The position numbers and the translations under genes were made by a program. Of a DNA stretch of 64,000 nt, positions 26,581 to 40,589 are shown piece after piece; within the stretch, counting starts at the first letter, position 1; each line of letters opens with the position of its first letter. Where the stretch lies: positions 986,647-1,050,646 of the forward strand of contig CAVPIB010000001.1 in NCBI GenBank assembly GCA_963704885.1, in the 5' to 3' direction. Under the pieces are notes generated by a model. It had not been told where the DNA came from, made no database searches, and worked only from the letters and a program-made list of their open reading frames with translations. The stretch is from an uncultured Actinomycetes bacterium (lineage in GTDB: Bacteria; Actinomycetota; UBA4738; HRBIN12).

Positions 26581-28164
26581 GTGGCGCGATCCGAGCGGGT
26601 CGTGGTCATCGGCGCCGGCCACAACGGCCTGGTCGTCGGGGCTTACCTGGCGAAGGCCGGCAAGAAGGTCATCGTCCTGGAACGCCGCGACGTGGTCGGC
26701 GGCATCCTGGCGAACACGGAGATCGCGCCGGGCTTCACGGCGCCCGGGATCGCGCACACGGTCGGTCGTCTGCGCCGGTCTGTCATCAAGGATCTGAAGC
26801 TCCGGTCACACGGCCTGGAGCTGTTGGAGCCCGACGTCCGGATCTTCGCGCCCCAGCCGGACGGATCGGCGGTGACGTTCTGGGGCGACTCGATGCGGAC
26901 GGCGTCCGAGCTCGAGTCGCGGAGCCCACACGACGCGGCGGCGTATTCCGGGTTCGACAAGAAGGTCCGCGCCGTAGCGAGCTTCCTGTCCCACATCAAC
27001 GCGATCACCCCGCCCGACGCGAAGTCGCCGTCGATCGCCGATGCGATCGCGGGTCTGAAGCTTGGGAAGGCGTTCCGCGACCTGGGCGCGCGGACCGGGC
27101 GCGAGGCGATCCGTGCCCTGCCGATGGCGGTCGCGGATCTCGTGGCCGAGGCGTTCGAGGAGGAGGCCGTTCGAGGTCCACTCGCCACTAGAGGCGTGCT
27201 GTACACGGCTACCGGGCCGTGGGCCGCGGGCTCGGCGGCCGTCTTCTTGAACGACTCGGCCGGTAACGATGGGGGAGCGCCGGGGCAGTCGACCATCGCC
27301 CGTGGCGGCAGCGGGGCTCTCGCCAACGCGCTCGCGGCTGCGGCGAAGGCCCTGGGGGTTGAGATCCGCACCGGCGCCGAGGTGGCCCAGATCCGTTCGC
27401 GGGACGGTCGCGTCGTCGGCGTCACCCTTGCAGATGGGGGCACGATCGACGCCTCGCTCGTGGTGTCGGCCGTAGATCCCAAGCGCACACTCGGCATGTG
27501 CGATCCGGTCGAGCTCGGACCCACGATGGTCTGGCGGGCCGGCAACATCCGCCAACCGGGCGCGACCGCCAAGGTCAACCTGGCGCTCTCCGACGTGCCG
27601 CAGTTCAGCGGCGCAGGCGACTTGTCGCGGCTGCGGGGCCGGATCGTGATCGGAACCAGCATCGATCACGTGGAGAAGGCTAAAGATGCGTTGAAGTTCG
27701 GACACGTCGCCGAGGAGCCGTGGCTGGAGGCGACGATCCCCACTCTGTTGGACCCATCGCTCGCTCCCGAGGGCAGACACGTGATGAGCGTGCTGGTCGA
27801 GGCCGCTCCGCGACATCTGCGCGAGGGCGACTGGTCGACCGACCGCGATCGCCTGAGCGACATCGCGGTGAAGACGCTCGAGCGATACGCACCGGGCCTG
27901 GGCGAGCTGATCGAGGCCCGACAGGTGATCACGCCCGAGGACCTCGAGACCGAGTACGGCCTGAGCGGCGGGCACGTCTACCACGCCGAGCCCGGCCTGG
28001 ATCAGTTCTTCATGTGGAGGCCGCTGAACGGCCAGGCGCGCTACCGGTTCGTACTGGATGGTCTATACCTGGCCGGCTCCGGCGCTCACCCGGGCGGCGG
28101 CATCACAGGCGGCCCGGGCGCGAACGCCGCACGGCAGATCCTGAGCGACCTGAGGAAGAACTGA
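26581..28164 (+). CDS. FAD-dependent oxidoreductase, phytoene-dehydrogenase-like family (paralog 2, more divergent)
   Basis: IGAGHNGL, IPTLLDPSLAPEGRHVMS, GHVYHAE, LAGSGAHPGGGITGGPG. Confidence 0.92.
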   Translation: MARSERVVVIGAGHNGLVVGAYLAKAGKKVIVLERRDVVGGILANTEIAPGFTAPGIAHTVGRLRRSVIKDLKLRSHGLELLEPDVRIFAPQPDGSAVTFWGDSMRTASELESRSPHDAAAYSGFDKKVRAVASFLSHINAITPPDAKSPSIADAIAGLKLGKAFRDLGARTGREAIRALPMAVADLVAEAFEEEAVRGPLATRGVLYTATGPWAAGSAAVFLNDSAGNDGGAPGQSTIARGGSGALANALAAAAKALGVEIRTGAEVAQIRSRDGRVVGVTLADGGTIDASLVVSAVDPKRTLGMCDPVELGPTMVWRAGNIRQPGATAKVNLALSDVPQFSGAGDLSRLRGRIVIGTSIDHVEKAKDALKFGHVAEEPWLEATIPTLLDPSLAPEGRHVMSVLVEAAPRHLREGDWSTDRDRLSDIAVKTLERYAPGLGELIEARQVITPEDLETEYGLSGGHVYHAEPGLDQFFMWRPLNGQARYRFVLDGLYLAGSGAHPGGGITGGPGANAARQILSDLRKN

Positions 28165-30009
28165 TCAGTCGTTGTTGGTGATCGTACCCAGTCCGAAGCC
28201 CGTACCGGTGATGGTGGCGTTCGTAGGGTTCGAGAGATTCACGTAGTACGTCTCATCCGGCTCGGTGACGAGGTCTCCTACGATCGGCACGATGATCGTT
28301 CTCGTCGTTTGGCCCGGACTGAACGTCACGGTGCCGCTCACGGAGGTGTAATCGGTCGGGGTGATTGCCGTTCCATCGGCCGTGGCGAAGTCCACGGTGA
28401 TCGTGTTGCCGCTCGAGGCCGAGAGCGTGACGGTGAAGACGGCATTCGTGGTCCCCGCGTTGCCTTCCACCAGGGTCACGGAGTTGATCGTCACCGTCCT
28501 GGCGTCGTCGTCGGTGATCGTCCCCAGCGCGAACCCGGCTCCGGCGATCGTCGCGTTCGTGGGACTCGAAAGGGACACGGAGTAGGTCTCAGTTGTCTCG
28601 ATCAGGATGTCGCCGACCACTTGGACCACGACCTGCTTGGAGACCTCTCCCGGGTTGAAGGTGAGGACACCAGCGTTGGACAGGTAGTCGGCCGGCGCCG
28701 TTGCCCCTCCGTCGGCCGTTGCGAAGTTAACGGTGACCGTGTTACTGACTGAAGCCGAGAGGTTGACGTTGAAGACGGCGTTGATGGTCCCGTTGTTGCC
28801 CTCAGTCACTGTCGAGGCGCTGATCGTGATCGTCGGAGTGTTGTTGTCCGTTATCGTGCCGAGACCAGTGTCGTCTGAGATCGTCGCGTTCGTCGCCGCG
28901 GACAGGTTCACCGAGTACGTCTCGTTGGCCTCGCTGATCGTGTCCCCAACTACCTGGACCGTGATCTGCTTCGACGTCTCACCCGGGTTGAATGTCAGGA
29001 CGCCACTCGTCGAGACGTAGTCGGCCGGCGAGGTCGCCGAACCCGGTGCGGTCGCGTAGGCAACGGTCACCGTGTTGACCGTCGTGGCCGAGAGCGAGAC
29101 GTTGAACACAGCGTTCGTCGTCCCGCTGTTGCCCTCTGTCACGGTAACGTTGCCGATCGAGATCGAGGGAAGCACCGGGGTCCCGGAGTCGTCATCGGTG
29201 ATCGTGCCCAGTCCGATCGCATCCACTATCGTGGCACCTATCGCGTCGGATAGCGTCACCCTGAAGTTCTCGCTTGGTTCGGCCACTGTATCCCCGATCA
29301 CCTGGACGGTAACCTGTTTCGCGGTTTCGCCTGGAACGAATACGAGCGTTCCTCCGGCGGGGTTGTAATCGGACGCGACGGCCGTGCCATTGGACGTCGC
29401 GAAGTCCACCGAGATCGGGCTCGTCGACGAGGATGATGCGGTCACGTCGAACACCGCATCCGTGGTACCCACGCTGCCTTCGGTGACCGTGACATCGCCG
29501 ATGGAGAAGACGGGGCCCGCACCGCCGAGATCGTCGTCGTCCAGGATCGTCCCGCGGCCGACGCCGTCGGCGATGCGCGCGCGTTTGGGGTTGGAGAGGT
29601 GAAGGCGGAACGTCTCATCGGCCTCATGAAGCGCGTCCCCGATCACCTTCACCACGATGCGGCGCGAGGTGATGCTCGGGGTGAACCGGAGCGAGCCATG
29701 GACCGCGACGAAGTCGCTCTTAGTGGCGGTGCCGCTGAAGGTTCGGTAGTGCACCCTTGCGGATGACGGCCTCGACAGGGTGACGGTGAAGACGAGCTTC
29801 CTGCGGCCGGAGTCCCCCTCCTTCACTTTCGCGTTATCGATCGAGAGCGATGGGGCCTTGGATGGGGTCCCGCCCGCAGGCGGAGCCGTGACACCTTGCA
29901 TCATGAGCGCGGACAGGAGGATGAGGGAGACGATGGCTATGGATGAACGAGGTCCTCGCGCGACCTGCGAGGGAGGGGTCGATCGCCCGGTTCCGTTCAG
30001 CGTGTGCAT
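28165..30009 (-). CDS. Secreted protein with five tandem Calx-beta domains (putative adhesin/surface protein)
   Basis: Signal peptide then five repeats of (V)xEG…FxVxLS…TxxGTA…D(Y/F)…GxLxFxPG…V.GD…E…TI.DDD. Confidence 0.9.
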   Translation of the reverse strand: MHTLNGTGRSTPPSQVARGPRSSIAIVSLILLSALMMQGVTAPPAGGTPSKAPSLSIDNAKVKEGDSGRRKLVFTVTLSRPSSARVHYRTFSGTATKSDFVAVHGSLRFTPSITSRRIVVKVIGDALHEADETFRLHLSNPKRARIADGVGRGTILDDDDLGGAGPVFSIGDVTVTEGSVGTTDAVFDVTASSSSTSPISVDFATSNGTAVASDYNPAGGTLVFVPGETAKQVTVQVIGDTVAEPSENFRVTLSDAIGATIVDAIGLGTITDDDSGTPVLPSISIGNVTVTEGNSGTTNAVFNVSLSATTVNTVTVAYATAPGSATSPADYVSTSGVLTFNPGETSKQITVQVVGDTISEANETYSVNLSAATNATISDDTGLGTITDNNTPTITISASTVTEGNNGTINAVFNVNLSASVSNTVTVNFATADGGATAPADYLSNAGVLTFNPGEVSKQVVVQVVGDILIETTETYSVSLSSPTNATIAGAGFALGTITDDDARTVTINSVTLVEGNAGTTNAVFTVTLSASSGNTITVDFATADGTAITPTDYTSVSGTVTFSPGQTTRTIIVPIVGDLVTEPDETYYVNLSNPTNATITGTGFGLGTITNND

Positions 30010-30053
30010 AGCAAGAATCCGTCTCCTGGAGGGCCCGGTTTCCTATCTCCGTT

Positions 30054-30080
30054 TCTTCGGCCTAACCGACGGGCCCTTTA
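30054..30080 (-). promoter_or_regulatory. Sigma-28/WhiG-type promoter TAAA-N15-GCCGAAGA
   Basis: Near-consensus -35/-10 with 15-nt spacer, 45 nt upstream of the Calx-beta start. Confidence 0.65.
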
Positions 30081-30147
30081 GACCGGTTGCCTTATGGCGC
30101 AACGACTGTAGCTAGTCCGACGTGGAGTGGTTCGCGGCACCCGGTCC

Positions 30148-31215
30148 CTAAGGGAGCGAGGCCAGCAGGCCGACGGCGAGGTGGCCTGTCACCGCGAGCA
30201 TGCGGCCGCGGCCGTCGTTGCAGACGACGAGCGCCGCTCGATCCCTCTTCGAGCCGATCAGGGCGGTAGCCACCCAGGCCGTGTTGGATCCCTGTTGTCC
30301 GAGGGCGACCTCGGCGCTGAGCTTCCCGGGAGGGATCGCCCACCCGATCGCTTGCTTCGGGCCCTTGCCTTCTGGAGGGGTCGTGAGCTTCGCGATCGAC
30401 GCGGGGCCAGCAGCGTGCCACCGTCGGTGAGGAAGACCCTGATGAATCGAGCCCAGTCCGCGAGCGTCAGGTGGATGCGCCCGGCGGGGCCCATCACGGG
30501 CGGGTTGTCTGCTCGGAGCCTCGGGTCGCTCGGGCGTGCCGGGATCGACCGGCGCTCCCCGGCCGACCCCGTGCCACCGCGAGCGATGTCCCCAGGGTTG
30601 CGCTCCGGTCGGCGCTCCGAACCCCACCGAGGTGATCCCGAGCGGAGCCAACACGTCGTCGACCACGGCCTCCTCCCACGATCGACCGAGGATCCGCTCC
30701 ATCGCGGCACCGGCCACGATGTAGCTGAGGTTCGAGTACCGGAAGGAGCCGGGCTTGCGTGGAGGCTCGTGACAGCGTCATCGCCGTCGCCGCGGTCCGT
30801 CTGATCCACGATCGGCCGTTCATCGCCGGAACCACCCCTCCAGCCCCGAGCGGTCGAGGTTCGCGGGCAGCCCCGCCCGGTGGGTGAGCACTTGATCGAT
30901 CCTGGTGCGGCGCCACGCCGGGTCTATCCCGTCGAGGTCCGGGAAGAGCTCTGAGAGCGTCGCCTCCCAGGTGGCCTCGCCGCGCTCCACGAGACGCGCG
31001 TAGAGCGCGCCCGTCATCGCCTTCGCGCACGAGCCGATGTGCCAGAGGTCGTTTGAGGTCGCGGGCTCTCCTCGCCCCCGGATACGGTCGCCGGTCACCC
31101 ACATCGGCGTCTCTTGATCGTCTGCGGTGACGATGGCCGCGCCAAGAGCCGGGATCCGCGACTTGGCGCGCGCGGCCTCGACGCGTTCGCGTATCAGGGT
31201 CTCGAGCTCGCTCAG
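30148..31215 (-). CDS. Serine hydrolase, beta-lactamase/AmpC family; several frameshifts
   Basis: WHIGSCAK (SxxK), LTHRAGL, YSN motif, LAPLGI, QGSN spread across frames; start CTG 31215 or GTG 31236. Confidence 0.75.
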
Positions 31216-32003
31216 ACCAGTCCTCGCACGGCCCACGCACGGGCCGTCAGCCGGATCGTGCCGTCGGCCTTGACCGGCAGGCGCACGCTCAGGAGCTCGC
31301 GGAGCTCGGCGCGCGCGGCGTCGTCGAGCGACATGCAGTAGGCGGGCGCGGGCGCCTGCCCCGAGAGGAACGGGGTCCAGTAGTCGTCGAAGTCACGGAA
31401 GATCGTTGGCACGTCGATCGCGCGAGTGCGGATGTCCTTGAGCTCCGCGACCTCGAACAGCGAGCCGAGCCCCTTCATGCTGGCGATGTCGAGGAACCGC
31501 TCGCCCTCATCGTGCTCACGCGCGCTGGCGTCCAGATGGATGGCCGCGTCCCAGAAGTAGCGCATCATCTGCATCGCTCCTGAGTAGTCCCAGACGTAGG
31601 CGCCGATGGTGCCGCCCGCGACCGTGACGCGCCGGAGTTCCTTGATCGCCCTGCCTTGGTCGGAGACGAAGTTCAGCATCAGCCCCGACACCGTCGTGTC
31701 GAACGTGTCGTCGTCGAAGGGGATCTTCTGTGCCTCTGCGATCTGCGCCTCGAAGCGTTCGTCATCGATCCGGGCGTTCGCGTACTTCACCAATCCCTCG
31801 GAGAGATCGATGCCGCGAACCTCCGCCGGTAGAGCACGCACCAGGATCGTCTCGGAGAGCGCACCCGTGCCGCACCCTACGTCCAGCCATCGGCCGCCGG
31901 ACGGAGCGTCCAGCCAGTCCAGGAACTCGGCGGCGACGAGGCGGCTCCAGCGACCGACGTAAGGCTCGTACCGGTCGCCGTCCTCCCAGGTGTCCGGGTG
32001 CAT
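31212..32003 (-). CDS. Class I SAM-dependent methyltransferase
   Basis: YVGRWSR, WLDVGCGTG, GIDLS, GAYVWDY. Confidence 0.9.
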   Translation of the reverse strand: MHPDTWEDGDRYEPYVGRWSRLVAAEFLDWLDAPSGGRWLDVGCGTGALSETILVRALPAEVRGIDLSEGLVKYANARIDDERFEAQIAEAQKIPFDDDTFDTTVSGLMLNFVSDQGRAIKELRRVTVAGGTIGAYVWDYSGAMQMMRYFWDAAIHLDASAREHDEGERFLDIASMKGLGSLFEVAELKDIRTRAIDVPTIFRDFDDYWTPFLSGQAPAPAYCMSLDDAARAELRELLSVRLPVKADGTIRLTARAWAVRGLV

Positions 32004-32063
32004 CTCCGCATCTTCCCACCTCACGAGCGGCGAGGGTGGTAGCGGCCGTATGCTTCGGCGGCC

Positions 32064-33095
32064 ATGGGCGACGAGCGGGATTTCCGGATCGAGCAAAGCG
32101 AGCTCCGCGCCGACGACGAGTTCGCGGAGTTCAGCTCGACGGATCTGCCGTACTACTCGGACTGGCGCGGATCCTTCGAGAAGCTCCCGTGGGCGACCGA
32201 CGATGAAGCACTACATGCGGCGAACGCCGACGTGGCGATAGTGGGCGCGCCCCTGGATGATGCCGTGTCGTCGCGGCCCGGCGCCCGGTTCGGGCCGCGG
32301 GCGATCAGGATGGCGCCGACCGCTTGGTCGCCCGACTACGCCTGGTCGATCCAGTTGGACGTCGAGCCGTACAGGGTCTTGAAGGTGGTCGACGCAGGTG
32401 ACGCGCCCGTGGTCCCCGCGCGCTTGGATCGAGGCCTCCGCGTGATCCACGAGAAGGTGTTCCGGGTTGCCAAGAGCGGAGCGATCCCGATCGTTCTGGG
32501 CGGGGATCATTCGATCACGTATCCGAGCGCGGCCGCCGTCTCGCGTTACCGACACCCCCGCAAGGTGGGCATCGTGCACTTCGACGCGCACGCGGATACC
32601 GGCGCCGAGCAATGGGGATCGTTGGTCGGGCACGGGACGCCCATGCGCCGGCTGATCGAAGAGGGCTGGATCGAGGGACCGAACTTCGTCCAGGTCGGAC
32701 TTCGCGGCTACTGGCCCGAGAAGGAGACGTTCGACTGGATGCGGGAGCAAGGGCTCCGCTGGCACACGATGGTCGAGATCGAGGATCGCGGCGCTGAAGC
32801 CGTCGTCGCCGACGCGATCGCAGAGGCGCTCGACGGCCCGGACTGCATCTACCTGAGCGTCGACATCGACGTGGTCGATCCGGGCATGGCGCCGGGCACC
32901 GGGACGCCCGAGCCGGGTGGGATGCTCGCGCGCGAGCTGCTGCGGGCCATACGCCAGATCGTGGGTCAGGTGGATCTGGTCGGGATGGACGTGGTGGAGG
33001 TCTCGCCGCCCTACGACAGCGCCGAGGTGACGGCGCTGCTCGCGCACCGCTGCGTGGTGGAAGCCATCAGCGCGCTCGCCGCGAAACGCCCCTGA
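32064..33095 (+). CDS. speB: Agmatinase/ureohydrolase family
   Basis: RPGARFGPRAIR, GGDHS, HFDAHAD, HGTP, SVDIDVVDP, PGTGTPEPGG, DVVEVSPPYD; exact substrate uncertain. Confidence 0.85.
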   Translation: MGDERDFRIEQSELRADDEFAEFSSTDLPYYSDWRGSFEKLPWATDDEALHAANADVAIVGAPLDDAVSSRPGARFGPRAIRMAPTAWSPDYAWSIQLDVEPYRVLKVVDAGDAPVVPARLDRGLRVIHEKVFRVAKSGAIPIVLGGDHSITYPSAAAVSRYRHPRKVGIVHFDAHADTGAEQWGSLVGHGTPMRRLIEEGWIEGPNFVQVGLRGYWPEKETFDWMREQGLRWHTMVEIEDRGAEAVVADAIAEALDGPDCIYLSVDIDVVDPGMAPGTGTPEPGGMLARELLRAIRQIVGQVDLVGMDVVEVSPPYDSAEVTALLAHRCVVEAISALAAKRP

Positions 33096-33111
33096 TCCGG
33101 CCTGCGCCACC

Positions 33112-34263
33112 CTAGGCTGAGAGGTCTTCAACGTCCTCGGTTAGGGCGGGCGCCGGTTCGATGAGATCGACGCCGCGCTCGTGGGCCTGCAGGAACGCGT
33201 CTACAGCGTCGGGGTCGAACTGCTGCCCTCGAACCTTGCGGATCTCCTCCACCGCCTCCTCCAGCGAGCGGGCCGCTCTGTACGGCCGATCGTTCGTGAT
33301 CGCGTCGAACGTGTCTGAGACAGCCGTGATGCGGGACACGAGCGGGATCTTCAGGCCGGCGAGCCCGGCGTACCCCCCGCCGTCCCACCGTTCGTGGTGA
33401 GTGCCCGCGATCTGCTCAGCCATGCGAAGGAGCGGCGAGCTGCTGCCGGAAAGGATCCTCGCCCCGATCTCCGTGTGGGTCTTCACGACGTCGAACTCGT
33501 CTGGCTCCAGACGCCCGGGCTTCAGCAGGATCGCATCCGGCACCCCGATCTTCCCGAGGTCGTGCAGCGCGGCCGCACGCCCGATCAGGAGGACCTCGTC
33601 GGCGGGGAGCCCGAGCTCGGCCGCGATGAGCCCCGTCATCCGCCCCACCCGTCGGGTGTGCTGGCCGGTCTCGTCATCCCGGTACTCAGCCGCAAGGGCC
33701 AGGCGCTCGAACGTCTCGATCTGAGCCTGCTCGGAATCGCGCGTGCGCTCCCGCACCCGGGCCTCGAGGTCGTCGTTCTGCTCCAGCAGCTGAAGATGGA
33801 GCCAGCGCGTGTGGAGCATGTTCTGGATCCGCAGCAGAACCTCTTCGGCATCGAAGGGCTTCGTGAGGAAGTCGTGCGCCCGGCTGGCCAACGCCTTGCG
33901 CTTGGCGTCCTGCGTGACGTCGGCCGTGAGGATCAGCACGGGCAGGTAGGCACCCGGCGGGACCAGCATCCCAAGCAGCTCAAGGACCCCGAACCCGTCT
34001 AGCCGGGGCATGTGCAGGTCGAGCAGGATGAGGTCCGGCTGGTACCGGGCCAGGATCTCGGGGACCAAGCGGGGGTCGGTGACCGCCTCGAGCCGCTGGT
34101 AGCCGCCCCGGGTCAAGATCCGTTCGAGCAACCGAACGTTCGACTCCTCGTCGTCGACGATCAAGATCCGTGGATCGAAGAGGGTTTCGGGGTCGAACAC
34201 GTCGCCGCCCGCGAAGAGCGAGCTCTCGCCAGCTTCTACGGAGTACGTATCGCTCGAGGACAT
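33112..34263 (-). CDS. Response regulator with HD-GYP c-di-GMP phosphodiesterase domain (RpfG-like)
   Basis: REC (IVDDE…LLDLHMP…KPF); [48 protein letters not shown]…RPYR. Confidence 0.93.
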   Translation of the reverse strand: MSSSDTYSVEAGESSLFAGGDVFDPETLFDPRILIVDDEESNVRLLERILTRGGYQRLEAVTDPRLVPEILARYQPDLILLDLHMPRLDGFGVLELLGMLVPPGAYLPVLILTADVTQDAKRKALASRAHDFLTKPFDAEEVLLRIQNMLHTRWLHLQLLEQNDDLEARVRERTRDSEQAQIETFERLALAAEYRDDETGQHTRRVGRMTGLIAAELGLPADEVLLIGRAAALHDLGKIGVPDAILLKPGRLEPDEFDVVKTHTEIGARILSGSSSPLLRMAEQIAGTHHERWDGGGYAGLAGLKIPLVSRITAVSDTFDAITNDRPYRAARSLEEAVEEIRKVRGQQFDPDAVDAFLQAHERGVDLIEPAPALTEDVEDLSA

Positions 34264-34298
34264 CGGGGCAATGCTCCTACTTTCGTTCCACATGAGTT

Positions 34299-34325
34299 TC
34301 TTCGGCAGGCAACCGACCGGGCTGA
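34299..34325 (-). promoter_or_regulatory. Sigma-28/WhiG-type promoter TCAG-N15-GCCGAAGA
   Basis: Upstream of the HD-GYP gene; -10 identical to the Calx-beta promoter. Confidence 0.6.
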
Positions 34326-34347
34326 AGGCGCAGCTCACGGCCTAGGT

Positions 34348-34374
34348 TCAATGGTCGACGATGGCTGCCGATAG
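34348..34374 (+). promoter_or_regulatory. Sigma-28/WhiG-type promoter TCAA-N15-GCCGATAG
   Basis: Divergent partner of 34299-34325; upstream of the hybrid kinase. Confidence 0.65.
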
Positions 34375-34451
34375 TGGGGTGTGGAGGTGCATCCGTCCGT
34401 GCGCGGGTGCTCGAACCAGAAACGACCGTCACCTTGAGCGGGTGGCGGTAG

Positions 34452-38016
<3,565 letters not shown>

Positions 38017-38070
38017 GCGCAGGCGCACCGAGCAGCCCTCGCGGAGGCTGAGCAGAAGTATCGGACGCTC

Positions 38071-40516
38071 GTGGAGCGGATCCCGGCCATCGTGTACTCC
38101 GCCGAGTTCGGAGAGCCGGGGCCGTGGCTCTACGTGAGCCCTCAGGCGGAGCGGATCCTGGGATACCCGGCGGAGGAATGGATCGCCGACGAGGGGCTGT
38201 GGATGCGTCTGATCCATCCGGACGACCTGGAGCGGACGCTCGAGGAGGAGCGGCGAAGCAAGGCCGACGGGACCCCGTTCGCATGCGAGTACCGGATGCG
38301 CGCTCGGGACGGCCGTGTCGTTTGGATCCGCGACGAGGGTGAAGTCGTCCACGACGACTCCGGCGCTCCCGCCGAGCTCCGCGGGATCATGTACGACATC
38401 TCGGAGCGCAAGCGGACCGAGGAGGCGCTCGCGGAGGCCGAGGCCCGATACCGTGGCGTCTTCGAGAACGCGGCCGAGGCCATCTTCGTGACCGCGTTGG
38501 ATGGGCGCTACCTCCTGGCCAATCCGGCGCTCGCGGAGATGCTCGGCTACTCGTCGCCCGAGGAGCTCATGGACGGTGTGACTGACGTGGCCGGTATCTA
38601 TGCCGACCCGGTCTGGCGCCAGGAGTTCCTGCGCAGGCTCGACCGCGAGGACACCATGCGGGGATTCGAGTATCAGGTGACCCGTAGAGACGGAAGCACG
38701 ATCTGGGTCTCCGAGAACGTTCGCGCGCGTCCGCGACGCGAACGGCCGACTGATCGGATCCGAGGGGATGTCCACGGACATCACCGCCCGCAAGTGCGCT
38801 GAGCAGGAGCTCACGGCGAGCGAGGAGCGGTTCCGCCAGCTCTCCGAGGCGGCCCTCGAGGGCGTGATCATCGTAGACGCGGGCGGTCACATCGTGCAGG
38901 CGAACCGCGCCTTCTGCGAGCTGCTCGACCTCAGCCTTGATGAAGCCATCGGGTCTTCACCTACAGACGTGGTGGCGCCCGAGTCCATCTCTCGGGCATA
39001 CGAGTACCTTCGATCGGGGAGCGAGACACCCGTGGATATCGAGGTGGTGAGGAAGGATGGCACTCGTCTCGTCGGCGAGACGACGCTCCGGCGCATCGAC
39101 CATGGGGGACAAGAGGCAAGCCTGATCACGGTTCACGACGTCACCGAACGACGGGCCATAGAGGACATCCTGCGGCGGCGGGACGCCATCCTCGGCGCCG
39201 TTGCGTTCGCGGCTGAACGGTTCCTGGACGGACCTTGGGGGGTGGACATCGACAGCGTGCTCGCCCGGCTGGGCCAGGCGACCGACTCCAGCCGCGTGTG
39301 CCTCTTCCAGAACGAACCGGGAGACGACGGCACGCTCCTGATGACCCTCACCTACGAATTCGTCGCTCCCGGCGTCTCGACGACCATCGACGACCCCACC
39401 AACACAGGTTTCCCGTACGACGGCGACTACACGTCGTGGATCGGCGAGCTCGGTGCCGGGCGCATCATCCACGGCAGTCGACCCGACTTCCCCGAGGCCC
39501 TGGCGAGGGATCTCGAGAACGAGGACGTCGTCTCCGTCGCCCTAGTGCCGGTCTTCGCCGGCGGTGAGTGGTGGGGCTTCATGTCGTTCGACGACTGCGT
39601 GGACGAGCGGGTGTGGTCCGGGCACGAGCTGGAGCTGCTGCAGACGGTCGCCGGTGTCCTCGGTGGAGCCATCGCTAGAACGAACGCGGAGCTGGCGCTC
39701 GGTCGGATCAACGCCGAGCTCGAGGAGCGCGTGACCGAGCGCACGGCCGAAGCGGTGGTCGCCATGCAGGAGGCGGAGCGCGCGAAGGAGAGCGCCGAGC
39801 GGGCCAGCCGCGCGAAGAGCGAGTTCCTCTCACGCGCGAGCCACGAACTGCGGACGCCGCTGAACGCCATCCTCGGGTTCGGCCAGCTCCTGGAAGGCTC
39901 AGCGCTGCCGGAGGAAGACTCCGAGAGCGTCGAGGAGATCGTCAAGGCCGGCCGGCACCTGCTGGAGCTGGTGAACGAGGTGCTCGACATCTCCCGCCTC
40001 GACGCGGGCCGACTGGGGCTCTCGATCGAGCCGGTGTCGGTCGAGGAGGTCGTCGGATGGGCGTTGGATCTGATCGCTCCCCAGGCGCGCGGGAGAGGGA
40101 TAGAGCTCCGGACGGAGATCCCTCCCGAGGACCTCCACGTGATGGCGGACGTGCAGCGACTGGAGCAGGTGCTGCTGAACCTGCTCTCGAACGCCGTGAA
40201 GTTCGATCGCGAGGAAGGCACGATCACGATCTCCTGCGACGCGTCCGAGGAGCACGTGACCTTGCGGGTCTCCGACACCGGCCATGGCATCGCGCCCGAA
40301 CGGTTGGAGCGCCTGTTCACGCCGTTCGACCGCCTGGGCGCGGAGACGACCGGAAGCGCGGGGACGGGTCTGGGGCTCGCGCTCAGCAAGGCGCTCGTGG
40401 AGGCCATGGGAGGTCGCATCGCGGTCGAGACCACGCTCGATGTGGGAGCCACGTTCGCCGTCGAGCTTCCCCGGGCTGAAGCACCTGTGCCCGACGGGCG
40501 CCTCCCCATCGCCTAG
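38071..40516 (+). CDS. Cytoplasmic histidine kinase module: 3 PAS, GAF, HisKA, HATPase; frameshift near 38730; may be continuous with the preceding kinase
   Basis: [59 protein letters not shown]. Confidence 0.88.
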
Positions 40517-40554
40517 GTGGGGCGGTCAGCGCCCTAGCGACGCGTTCCTGCGCC

Positions 40555-40582
40555 TCAAGAGGGCACCCGCCCCAGTCGAAAC
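40555..40582 (+). promoter_or_regulatory. Sigma-28-like promoter TCAA-N16-GTCGAAAC (leaderless)
   Basis: MoxR GTG lies 7 nt after the -10 with no SD; one mismatch in the GCCGA core. Confidence 0.4.
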
Positions 40583-40589
40583 CATATGG

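Noticed and set aside
24974-28164. Carotenoid biosynthesis (crtI) genes
   Set aside because: No crtB/crtE/crtY nearby; the motifs (GxGHNGL, HPGGG) fit the PYROXD2-like family.
28165-29850. CRISPR-like or tandem DNA repeat array
   Set aside because: The repetition is degenerate, protein-level Calx-beta duplication; no identical repeats with unique spacers and no cas genes were seen in the window.
30010-30147. c-di-GMP or c-di-AMP riboswitch upstream of the Calx-beta gene
   Set aside because: Only fragments resemble the aptamers (GGTCTAAA, CCCGTC); the GEMM P1/GAAA and ydaO cores are missing, and the sequence is explained by a sigma-28 promoter. An Infernal search would settle it.
6873-33095. 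SpeE-SpeB polyamine pathway pair
   Set aside because: The genes are 23 kb apart, and the SpeE-like domain lacks the aminopropyltransferase catalytic Asp motif.
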